Origin: Oscillospiraceae bacterium
GTDB taxonomy: Bacteria; Bacillota; Clostridia; Oscillospirales; CAG-272
Direction: 5' to 3'
Assembly: GCA_015065285.1 (NCBI GenBank)
Contig: SVQP01000004.1
Span: forward strand, 18,849 to 82,848
Length of the DNA stretch: 64,000 nucleotides
Made by a program: the position numbers and the translations under genes. Of this stretch, positions 33,542 to 41,235 are shown piece after piece. The notes beneath the pieces were generated by a model. The model searched no databases. It was not told the origin of the DNA and saw nothing but the letters and a program-made list of their open reading frames with translations. Each line of letters opens with the position of its first letter. Positions within the stretch are counted from its first letter, which is position 1.

Positions 33542-34018
33542 ATGAAACGAAACATCAGTCTATTGCTACTTGTTTGTACATTATTGCTGTGTCTGATTTC
33601 CTGTGGAAATCAAAATGAGTCTGGCTCTTCAAGTAATGGAAACTCAAGTAATGGAAATTCAAGTACAAATACTACAAACTATGATCCTAACACAAAAGCT
33701 GAATTATCTGTATCAGACAGACAAGATTTGGCAGAAAAGGAGCTTTTGGCAGAAACCTTTCGCAGCTTTACCAGCCAATCTTATTTGAATTATTACACCA
33801 TCCAAGAACAAAAATTTAATATTGATGCCACCAGATATAGAATCGGTAGTGTTCAAAGAAACGGAAACACCTTTAAGTTTTACATCACCTTCTATTTCTA
33901 CGATAATTATGGAAATGTAAAGGCAGTGGTTGAAAAAACAGGTGAAGTCGATGTTGACATTTATGGAAATGTCGAACGAGTTATTGAACCGAGCTTCTAT
34001 GATATGGATTTTTATTAA
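33542..34018 (+). CDS. small lipoprotein, hypothetical (AT-rich, S/N-rich linker)
   Basis: MKRNISLLLLVCTLLLCLISCGN is a signal peptide with a lipobox. RBS AGGAGG. Codon usage is visibly AT-rich compared with neighbours. Terminator at about 34079-34115. Confidence 0.7.
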   Translation: MKRNISLLLLVCTLLLCLISCGNQNESGSSSNGNSSNGNSSTNTTNYDPNTKAELSVSDRQDLAEKELLAETFRSFTSQSYLNYYTIQEQKFNIDATRYRIGSVQRNGNTFKFYITFYFYDNYGNVKAVVEKTGEVDVDIYGNVERVIEPSFYDMDFY

Positions 34019-34120
34019 GAGCTAACATTAATATGTACATACTCTAAGCCGTAGACCGAAATATAGGCTTGGCAAAAGAATAGCCGCATCCTTTATTGGA
34101 TGCGGCTGTTCTTTTACAAA

Positions 34121-34230
34121 AATCGGACACATCACCGTGCAAAAACACGTAAATGATGTGTCCAACTTTTTTTGAATTTTGTATGGGGCATTCACTCTTG
34201 CCCCGCGGTCGATTCGTGAATCGACCCTAC
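34121..34230. repeat. right direct repeat plus back-to-back REP-like elements
   Basis: AATCGGACACATCAC...AAATGATGTGTCC...TTTTGTATGGGGCATTCAC, followed by GGTCGATTCGTGAATCGACC-CTAC (34207-34230). Confidence 0.7.
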
Positions 34231-34252
34231 GAAATCCTTGAAAATCAAGGAA

Positions 34253-35251
34253 TTACTTGCAAGCTTCCTCAATAGCAACTGCCACAGCCACGGTCATACC
34301 AACCATGGGGTTGTTACCAGCGCCGATCAGACCCATCATCTCTACGTGAGCGGGTACGGAGGAAGAGCCGGCGAACTGAGCGTCACCGTGCATTCTGCCC
34401 ATGGTGTCGGTCATGCCGTAAGAAGCAGGGCCTGCAGCCATGTTATCGGGGTGCAGAGTTCTACCGGTACCGCCGCCGGATGCTACGGAGAAATACTTCA
34501 CGCCGTTCTCGTTACACCACTTCTTGTAGGTGCCTGCAACGGGGTGCTGGAATCTGGTGGGGTTGGTGGAGTTACCGGTGATGGAAACGCCAACGTTCTC
34601 CAGTCTCATGATAGCAACGCCTTCCGGAACGCTGTCAGAGCCATAGCACTTAACCTTTGCTCTGTCACCGTTGGAGTAAGCGGTTTCCTTCACAACGTGA
34701 ACTTCCTCGGTGTAAGGATCGAACTGGGTCTGTACGTAGGTAAAGCCGTTGATTCTGGAAATGATCATAGCGGCATCCTTGCCCAGACCGTTCAGAATAA
34801 CGCGCAGGGGCTTGGTTCTTACCTTGTTTGCGTTGAGCGCGATCTTGATTGCGCCCTCTGCAGCTGCGAAGGACTCGTGACCTGCCAGGAAGCAGAAGCA
34901 CTCGGTCTCCTCGGAGAGCAGCATCTTGCCCAGGTTGCCGTGGCCAAGACCAACCTTACGGTTCTCAGCAACAGAGCCGGGGATGCAGAAGGACTGCAGG
35001 CCGATGCCGATAGCGGCAGCAGCGTCAGCAGCCTTGGTGCAGCCCATCTTGATTGCGATAGCAGCACCTACGGTGTATGCCCACTTTGCATTCTCAAATG
35101 CGATGGGCTGGGTTTCTTCAACGATCTTGTAAGGGTTGATGCCCTTAGCATCGCAGATTTCCTTGCATTCGTCGATGGAGGAAATTCCATACTGATTGAG
35201 TACGCCAAGGATCTTAGCCTCGCGTCTTTCATAACCTTCAAAATGTGCCAT
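34253..35251 (-). CDS. GGGtGRT family protein (uncharacterised conserved family)
   Basis: 332 aa. Contains the eponymous VASGGGTGRTLHPDN motif. Its RBS lies in the 19-nt gap after the NifU-like gene. Confidence 0.75.
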   Translation of the reverse strand: MAHFEGYERREAKILGVLNQYGISSIDECKEICDAKGINPYKIVEETQPIAFENAKWAYTVGAAIAIKMGCTKAADAAAAIGIGLQSFCIPGSVAENRKVGLGHGNLGKMLLSEETECFCFLAGHESFAAAEGAIKIALNANKVRTKPLRVILNGLGKDAAMIISRINGFTYVQTQFDPYTEEVHVVKETAYSNGDRAKVKCYGSDSVPEGVAIMRLENVGVSITGNSTNPTRFQHPVAGTYKKWCNENGVKYFSVASGGGTGRTLHPDNMAAGPASYGMTDTMGRMHGDAQFAGSSSVPAHVEMMGLIGAGNNPMVGMTVAVAVAIEEACK

Positions 35252-35270
35252 TACGATATTCCTCCTTCAA

Positions 35271-35987
35271 TTATTCCTTGCGGGGGTCAATGTACTTAGC
35301 AGCTTCAGCAAATCTGCCGTAGGTGCCCATTGCCTTTGCATATGCCTCGTTAGGCTCCATGCCCTTCTTGATGAAGTCGGTCATCTTGCCCAGAGAAACG
35401 AATTCGTATCCGATTACCTGATCATTCTCATCCAGAGCCATTCTGGTGCAGTAGCCCTCGGTCATTTCCAGGTAACGAACGCCCTTTGCCTTGGTGCCGT
35501 ACATGGTACCAACCATGCTTCTCTCACCCTTGCCAAGGTCTTCCATGCCTGCGCCGATAACCAAGCCGCCCTCAGAGAATGCGGACTGGCTACGACCGTA
35601 TACGATCTGCAAAAACAGCTCTCTCATAGCGGTGTTGATTGCGTCGCAAACCAGGTCAGTGTTCAGAGCCTCCAGAAGAGTCTTGCCGGGCAGAATCTCT
35701 GCAGCCATAGCTGCGGAGTGGGTCATACCGGAGCAGCCGATGGTCTCAACGAGCGCTTCCTCAATGATACCGTTCTTAACGTTCAGGGAAAGCTTGCAAG
35801 CACCCTGCTGAGGTGCACACCAGCCCACACCGTGGGTGTATGCGGAAATATCGGTGATCTGCTTTGCCTGTACCCACTTGCCTTCTTCGGGAATGGGAGC
35901 AGGACCGTGATCAGGACCCTTGGCGACCTTGCACATGTGCTGTACTTCAAGGCTCATTGCATATTCGCAGTTGTTTTCAATGCTCAT
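35271..35987 (-). CDS. NifU/IscU N-terminal-domain-like protein (putative Fe-S scaffold-like)
   Basis: 238 aa. GWCAPQQGACKLSL...ETIGCSGMTHSAAMAAEILPGKTLLEA resembles the IscU/NifU Cys-ligand region. RBS AAGGAGA. Confidence 0.6.
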   Translation of the reverse strand: MSIENNCEYAMSLEVQHMCKVAKGPDHGPAPIPEEGKWVQAKQITDISAYTHGVGWCAPQQGACKLSLNVKNGIIEEALVETIGCSGMTHSAAMAAEILPGKTLLEALNTDLVCDAINTAMRELFLQIVYGRSQSAFSEGGLVIGAGMEDLGKGERSMVGTMYGTKAKGVRYLEMTEGYCTRMALDENDQVIGYEFVSLGKMTDFIKKGMEPNEAYAKAMGTYGRFAEAAKYIDPRKE

Positions 35988-36012
35988 GATTGTTTATCTC
36001 CTTATCAAAATT

Positions 36013-36642
36013 TTACTTGTTGGATTCCATTGCCTCGATCAAGGGGCTGATCGCCTCCAGATACTTCTGCGCGATCAGGCAAGCGCCATCCTCGGTGGGA
36101 TGCACACCGTCAGCGGCATACACGGTCTTGTCCTCTGCCTTGTCCGCCTCGAAAATCTCGTGCATGGGCAGATAAACGTCCGCATACTGCTCAGCCAGAC
36201 GCGCTATGATCTCCTGCTTTTCGGCAAGCTCAGCCTTCAGGTTTTGCTTATCCGGCACGTCGATCAAAAAGGGCTGGATGATCATGATCTTGGCGTTGGT
36301 TTTTTGCTTGATTTGCTCAAGCAGCGTGGTATAATTGCGTTCAAATGCCTCGTTTGAGGTATAAACGCAATCAAAGGCATAATGATGCCACACGTCATTG
36401 ATGCCAATCAAAATAGAAACTATATCGGGTTGTATTTCAATGAAATCACTTTGCATTCTTTCAAGCAGATTCTCAGTGCGATTACCACTGATGCCAAGGT
36501 TGACAAATGCAAAATCAATATCGGGAAACGCGTCCTCCAGCATAGCAGATGCATACTTGGGGTATCCAAAGCCCATGTCGGAGGACTGACTTCGGTCTCT
36601 GCCCGCGTCGGTTACGCTATCCCCTTGAAACAAAATCTTCAT
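36013..36642 (-). CDS. SGNH/GDSL family hydrolase
   Basis: MKILFQGDSVTDAGR (block I GDS), GINDVWH (block III), and DGVHPT (block V). Confidence 0.85.
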   Translation of the reverse strand: MKILFQGDSVTDAGRDRSQSSDMGFGYPKYASAMLEDAFPDIDFAFVNLGISGNRTENLLERMQSDFIEIQPDIVSILIGINDVWHHYAFDCVYTSNEAFERNYTTLLEQIKQKTNAKIMIIQPFLIDVPDKQNLKAELAEKQEIIARLAEQYADVYLPMHEIFEADKAEDKTVYAADGVHPTEDGACLIAQKYLEAISPLIEAMESNK

Positions 36643-36660
36643 AATCTCTTATTTTTCCTC

Positions 36661-37236
36661 TCAGTCTACGATCTCACCGTAAATCTCACCGAATGCGCAA
36701 GCAGCGTTGCATTCGTCGGTATCGATGTGCATAGCCAGAGCGAACTTATCGCTGACACGGCAAACAACGTCATCAAAGATCAGAGAACGAGCGGAATTGA
36801 TACGAACCTTGACGATCTGACCGTTGGTTACGCCCAGTGCCTCTGCCTCTTCGGGACGCATGTGAATGTGTCTCTTTGCAATGATCACGCCGCTGTCAAT
36901 GGTCAGCTCGCCGCAAGGACCAACCAGCTTCACGCCGGGGGTGTTTGCAACGTCGCCGCTCTCACGTACGGGAACACCGGAAATGCCCAGTGCGCGTGCG
37001 TCGGAGAAGGACAGCTCTACCTGGTTAGCAGGACGGGTGGGACCCAGAACGCTGACAGCCAGAGAGCCCTTAGGGCCGACCAGGGTGATCTTTTCATTGC
37101 CGGTTGCGAACTGACCGGGCTGGCTGAGCATCTTCTTAACAGTAAGCTCTGCGCCTGCACCGTACAGAACCTCAACGGCTTCACGGGTCAAGTGGATGTG
37201 TCTGGCGGAAGTTTCAACCAGAATTTTGTTTTCCAT
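36661..37236 (-). CDS. pduL: phosphate propanoyl/acetyl-transferase PduL
   Basis: VETSARHIHLTREAVEVLYG...IIAKRHIHMRPEEAEALGV...LAMHIDTDECNA is the duplicated PduL motif. Confidence 0.85.
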   Translation of the reverse strand: MENKILVETSARHIHLTREAVEVLYGAGAELTVKKMLSQPGQFATGNEKITLVGPKGSLAVSVLGPTRPANQVELSFSDARALGISGVPVRESGDVANTPGVKLVGPCGELTIDSGVIIAKRHIHMRPEEAEALGVTNGQIVKVRINSARSLIFDDVVCRVSDKFALAMHIDTDECNAACAFGEIYGEIVD

Positions 37237-37415
37237 AATGACATCTCCTTATGTATTATAAATTTTATTTTTTACAAAAAACCGGATTTCTCCATTATCA
37301 CCCTACATTATAACACAATCCTACAAAATTGTAAATAGAATTTTTGAATAATTGCTTGTGCATATCATGATAAATTTCGGGCATACTGTCAATATGAAGG
37401 ATCACGGAGGCAAAT

Positions 37416-38108
37416 ATGGAGCATAAGGACGAGCCGCAGAGCAAGCAAGAACAGCTTTACCAAAACATAAAAGAAAGCGGTGGTATACTCACCCGCGGCA
37501 AGGGCGAGAACATCCACTGCCTTTCGATCATTGGGCAGATCGAGGGGCATTATATTTTGCCGGACGGGCAAAAATCCACCAAATACGAGCATCTCATTCC
37601 CCTTTTGGTTGCCATAGAGCAGGATTGCGAGGTGGATGGGCTGCTGATCCTGCTTAACACCATGGGTGGAGACGTGGAGGCAGGCTTGGCAATTGCCGAG
37701 GTCATTGCCTCCATGACCAAACCAACCGCATCCGTGGTGCTGGGCGGTGGGCACTCGATCGGTGTGCCGCTTGCCGTGGCAGCCAAGCGCTCCTTTATCG
37801 TACCCAGCGCTACCATGACCATTCATCCGGTCAGGATCAACGGGCTTGTGGTGGGCGCACCGCAGACCTACACGTATTTTTCGCAGATGCAACAGCGCAT
37901 CATTCATTTCATCTGCAGCCATTCGCGCGCCAAGGAGGATGAGATCCACGCGCTGATGATGCGCCCTGATATGATCGCCACCGACGTAGGCTCGGTCATT
38001 GAGGGGAAAGAGGCGGTGGAATACGGGCTGATCGACGCGGTGGGCGGCATTGACACCGCTCTTGCGGATCTCAAAAAGCAGATCAGGCGGCATAAGAAAA
38101 AAGCATAA
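37416..38108 (+). CDS. ClpP-family (TepA-like) serine protease homolog
   Basis: LSIIGQIEGH...LLILLNTMGGDVEAGLAIAEVI...SFIVPSATMTIHP fits the ClpP/TepA fold. Confidence 0.7.
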   Translation: MEHKDEPQSKQEQLYQNIKESGGILTRGKGENIHCLSIIGQIEGHYILPDGQKSTKYEHLIPLLVAIEQDCEVDGLLILLNTMGGDVEAGLAIAEVIASMTKPTASVVLGGGHSIGVPLAVAAKRSFIVPSATMTIHPVRINGLVVGAPQTYTYFSQMQQRIIHFICSHSRAKEDEIHALMMRPDMIATDVGSVIEGKEAVEYGLIDAVGGIDTALADLKKQIRRHKKKA

Positions 38109-38111
38109 ACG

Positions 38112-38152
38112 CAAAAAAACAACCCAAGCCTTGATCGGCTTGGGTTGTTTCT
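38112..38152. terminator. bidirectional rho-independent terminator
   Basis: AAACAACCCAAGCC...GGCTTGGGTTGTTT, flanked by an A-run and a T-run. Lies between convergent genes. Confidence 0.7.
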
Positions 38153-38156
38153 CTAA

Positions 38157-39299
38157 TCAGTTCGCGCCCTTGCAGTTGCCGCAATTGGTATATCCTTGAC
38201 CAAACAGCGCCTCTACCTCCTCTTCGGTTCCCGCAAAGTCCACACGGTTGGAGGGCTTGATGGTGGGAACGCTGGAGCAGGTGGTCTTATGGATCTTCTT
38301 GGAGCTCTTGTTGAGCACGTAGTGCAAAAGCCCGTCGTCAGGAATGGTGGTCTCTTCACCGGGCGTGGTAGGTCCGCCGTCCGCCTCCAGATAGCTCTCG
38401 CCCGTCGCATAGTCGATCACAACACCGGGCTGTACGTTGTACATGTAAACGTTAAAGCATACGCCCTCACCGTCGTCCTCTACCGACCAAGCCTCCATCA
38501 CAGCACCGCTTGCTACCAGGTTGTTCCCCTCAAAAATGGGGGTAACGCGGTACATGACGTGGTTGTTTGTTTCCTTGATATAGTCCGCGATCATGTTCTC
38601 AAACGGAATCATGGCTTCGTTGAAATATCTGGTACCCGTGATCAGGTTGTTCGCATTGGCGTCCTCGCCCGAGATCTGCCAGCCGATCAGGTGGCAGCGG
38701 TTATACAGATTGCCACCGTTGACAATGCTGTACTGCGCCTGCACCCAGCCCGTGGGCTTGATGCTGCTGATATTTCCTCTATCGGTGGTGGGCATCAGAT
38801 CCTTGCCGCAGCACGCCATGACCACGGTGCATCTGCCAAGCGAATCCAAGTCACCGTAGGTCTCATAAGACTGAGTGACAAGCTCGTCGGAGGTAAACGT
38901 GGGAACGTTGTTGTTGAGCGCATAATAGGGATTGCCGCTGTACGCAGGGATCTTGGAAAGATCGATAGACTGCTCGGGTGCTTCGGTTTCGGGCTCGGCA
39001 GTATCCTCTGTCGACCCTTCGGTGGGCTGCTCTGTGGGCTGCTCGGCAGTATCCTCCGTAGGCTGCTCTGTGGGTGTCTGTGTCGGGTCTTCGGTCGGCT
39101 GCTCTGTCGGGGCATCCGTATCGGGATCGGCAAGAGTGGTCTGTTGCTCGGTGGGTGCTTGGGTGGTATCGCCTACGGTGGTATCAATACCGCCGCCCTG
39201 TCCGTCACAAGCCGAGATGCAAAGCAGCAGTGCCAACAACAGCGCTGCCAATGCGCGCGTCAGCACGCGTTTGCCAAACAGTTTCTTGAAATCAAACAT
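38157..39299 (-). CDS. secreted DNA/RNA non-specific endonuclease (DNA-entry-nuclease-like) lipoprotein
   Basis: Signal peptide plus lipobox (LCISAC) and a T/E/P/Q linker. Core region DRGNISSIKPTGW...NRCHLIGWQISGE...GTRYFNE. Cys-rich C-terminal tail (HKTTC...CGNC). Confidence 0.8.
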   Translation of the reverse strand: MFDFKKLFGKRVLTRALAALLLALLLCISACDGQGGGIDTTVGDTTQAPTEQQTTLADPDTDAPTEQPTEDPTQTPTEQPTEDTAEQPTEQPTEGSTEDTAEPETEAPEQSIDLSKIPAYSGNPYYALNNNVPTFTSDELVTQSYETYGDLDSLGRCTVVMACCGKDLMPTTDRGNISSIKPTGWVQAQYSIVNGGNLYNRCHLIGWQISGEDANANNLITGTRYFNEAMIPFENMIADYIKETNNHVMYRVTPIFEGNNLVASGAVMEAWSVEDDGEGVCFNVYMYNVQPGVVIDYATGESYLEADGGPTTPGEETTIPDDGLLHYVLNKSSKKIHKTTCSSVPTIKPSNRVDFAGTEEEVEALFGQGYTNCGNCKGAN

Positions 39300-39301
39300 G
39301 G

Positions 39302-39712
39302 TTAAAACTCCTTTTCGTATCGTTCCTCGGTGATAGCTTCATGCGAATAGCCCGAAAACTCCTCGCTGTGCACTGCTGCAAAGCCAAGTGCGGATAAATC
39401 AGGCAGGAATTTCCGATCGCTCGGATACAGCCTGTTCCAACGGTACAGATAAACTGTCTGTACACGCTCCATGGGGATCTCTCCGTCCTCGGCAAAATAG
39501 TAGTCATCCTGCGCAGCATCCAGCCAAGGCGTTTGGCTGACACACAGTGCTTCTGAATCCTGCCCGAACTGCTTTGCCGTATAGGGTGTGACCCATAGTC
39601 TGCTGCCCTTCGCAAGGTCCAAAAGGCGGGCACGCAGCACGCGATCCTGGCTTTGCCTGCGGTGGTTGAACATCATGCCGCCGGCATCGTCAATGCAAAC
39701 GATCAGTTTCAT
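39302..39712 (-). CDS. small cytoplasmic protein with a dihydrofolate-reductase-like fold (function unknown)
   Basis: 136 aa. MKLIVCIDDAGGMMFNHRR...VYLYRWNRLYPSDRKFLP echoes DHFR beta-A and the C-terminal strands, but the protein is truncated. It stops 2 nt before the nuclease start. Confidence 0.4.
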   Translation of the reverse strand: MKLIVCIDDAGGMMFNHRRQSQDRVLRARLLDLAKGSRLWVTPYTAKQFGQDSEALCVSQTPWLDAAQDDYYFAEDGEIPMERVQTVYLYRWNRLYPSDRKFLPDLSALGFAAVHSEEFSGYSHEAITEERYEKEF

Positions 39713-39847
39713 GCGCTCGCCTCCTTTTTCTCATCATCTTTGATACATTGTACCATAAACGCGTGCACAAAGCAAGCCCTGTGCCAAAATTTCTTGCCTT
39801 TTGTCCTCACGCGTGCTATAATGAAAGAAAACCGCACGGAGGCATTT

Positions 39848-40150
39848 ATGATATACAACAAATTGGTCCGAGACCGCATTCCCGAGATCATCCGCCAAAA
39901 GGGCGGCAGCTGCACCACGCGCACGCTCTCGGATGCGGAATATGCAGAAGCTCTTGATCGCAAGCTTGGCGAAGAGCTTGCCGAATACCTGGATTCGCAC
40001 AATCCCGAGGAGCTGGCAGACCTTTTGGAGGTCATTTACGCCTGCGGTGCGCACCTTGGGCACTCCCCTGCTGATCTGGAGCGCATCCGTGCCGAAAAAG
40101 CCGATGCGCGCGGTGGATTTAAGGGTAAGATTTTGCTTATTGAGAGTTGA
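39848..40150 (+). CDS. MazG-like nucleoside triphosphate pyrophosphohydrolase (short, all-alpha)
   Basis: ATG at 39848 after GGAGG. MIYNKLVRDRIPEII...KLGEELAEYL...ELADLLEVIYA is typical of the MazG-like / PRA-PH-like family. Confidence 0.7.
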   Translation: MIYNKLVRDRIPEIIRQKGGSCTTRTLSDAEYAEALDRKLGEELAEYLDSHNPEELADLLEVIYACGAHLGHSPADLERIRAEKADARGGFKGKILLIES

Positions 40151-40174
40151 AAAGCAATCCAATCGCATTTTAAC

Positions 40175-40197
40175 GGGAGGCGAAACGCCTCCCCTAC
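40175..40197 (-). repeat. REP-like element (hairpin + CTAC)
   Basis: GGGAGGCG-AAA-CGCCTCCC immediately followed by CTAC (i.e. GTAG + hairpin on the minus strand). Confidence 0.6.
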
Positions 40198-40262
40198 ACA
40201 AACGACCAATTTGACAAATTAACAAAAGAAGCAAACCACCCTGCAGGGTGGTTTGCTTTTAT

Positions 40263-41057
40263 TTATGCCTCGGGATCGTAGCCAAGCAGCTCGGCAAGCG
40301 TGCGCTGTTCGGTATTCATATCCGCATAGAAGCGCTCATAAAACACGTCGCGTTCCTCATAGGTGGGCGAGGAGCGCAGCATGCAGGCGTTTTTCTGCAA
40401 AAGCGGAATGCAGCAGCCATCGCCAAACAGCAAATGCTCCAGCAGCACAATGCTGACCAGCTTGAGTGCCTGCTCAAGCTTTGCCGAAAAATCACGGTCG
40501 TGCGAGGTGGCAATGGCAAAGCCATCCGGATGATTGTGCGCAATGACCACGGCTGACGCATGCTTGAGCACCGAGCGCTCAACGATTTTGCATGCAATGG
40601 GATATGCCTCATTGACCGTGCCCTCGCAGGCTACGTAAAAATCGATCATGCGCATGCCGTTATCAAACGCCATGACGTACACGCGCTCCACGCCCACCCC
40701 CACGTAATAGGGCTCTATGAATTCCCTGATCTTGCGGCAGGTATCAAACCGCTTTGTCTCGGGTCGTTGCTCAATCGCAGCACGGCGAAGCAACGCACCG
40801 GTCAGACTGAGCAGCATGGCACTCTTGGGCCCTACGCCCTCAGTCAGCTCCAGCGCGGGGATCTCTGCGCTCATCACGCCAAGCAAGCCGCGATTATCCT
40901 CAAGCAACCTGTGCGCGGTATCGTTGGTATCCCCTCTTTGCACCGCATAGTACAGCAGCATCTCCAAAAGCTCATGGGTCGCAAAGCCATCAGGCCCTTC
41001 CTGCAAATAGCGCTGTCTCATCCGCTCTCTGTGGTGTTGGTGTACGTTATTTTCCAT
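40263..41057 (-). CDS. radC: RadC-like JAB-domain protein
   Basis: Start at MENNVHQ (RBS AGGAG). N-terminal HhH-like region (ELLEMLLYYA...GVGPKSA) and the JAMM-like motif IAHNHPDG. Confidence 0.85.
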   Translation of the reverse strand: MENNVHQHHRERMRQRYLQEGPDGFATHELLEMLLYYAVQRGDTNDTAHRLLEDNRGLLGVMSAEIPALELTEGVGPKSAMLLSLTGALLRRAAIEQRPETKRFDTCRKIREFIEPYYVGVGVERVYVMAFDNGMRMIDFYVACEGTVNEAYPIACKIVERSVLKHASAVVIAHNHPDGFAIATSHDRDFSAKLEQALKLVSIVLLEHLLFGDGCCIPLLQKNACMLRSSPTYEERDVFYERFYADMNTEQRTLAELLGYDPEA

Positions 41058-41235
41058 ATGATCTCCTTGTGATATGATATGTTCCATTTATTATAACGGA
41101 TTTTTTGATTCGATGCAAGAGCATTTTATATTTCTTTTGTCCATTTTTGTTTTTTGTGCACACTGCTATGGGGGGCAAGTATTGACAATGGGGTCAAAAA
41201 CAGATATAATGATGTCAGAAAACTCCTTTGGAGGT

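Noticed and set aside
33620-33670. 15-nt tandem repeat (tcaagtaatggaaa-) in the small lipoprotein gene
   Set aside because: It encodes an in-frame SSNGN linker repeat of only about 2.5 copies. Copy-number changes would stay in frame, so it is not a phase-variation switch.
41074-41235. N-terminal extension of the EEP lipoprotein ORF
   Set aside because: It covers the promoter (TTGACA-17-TATAAT at about 41183-41211). The signal peptide and GGAGG site are at 41229-41242.
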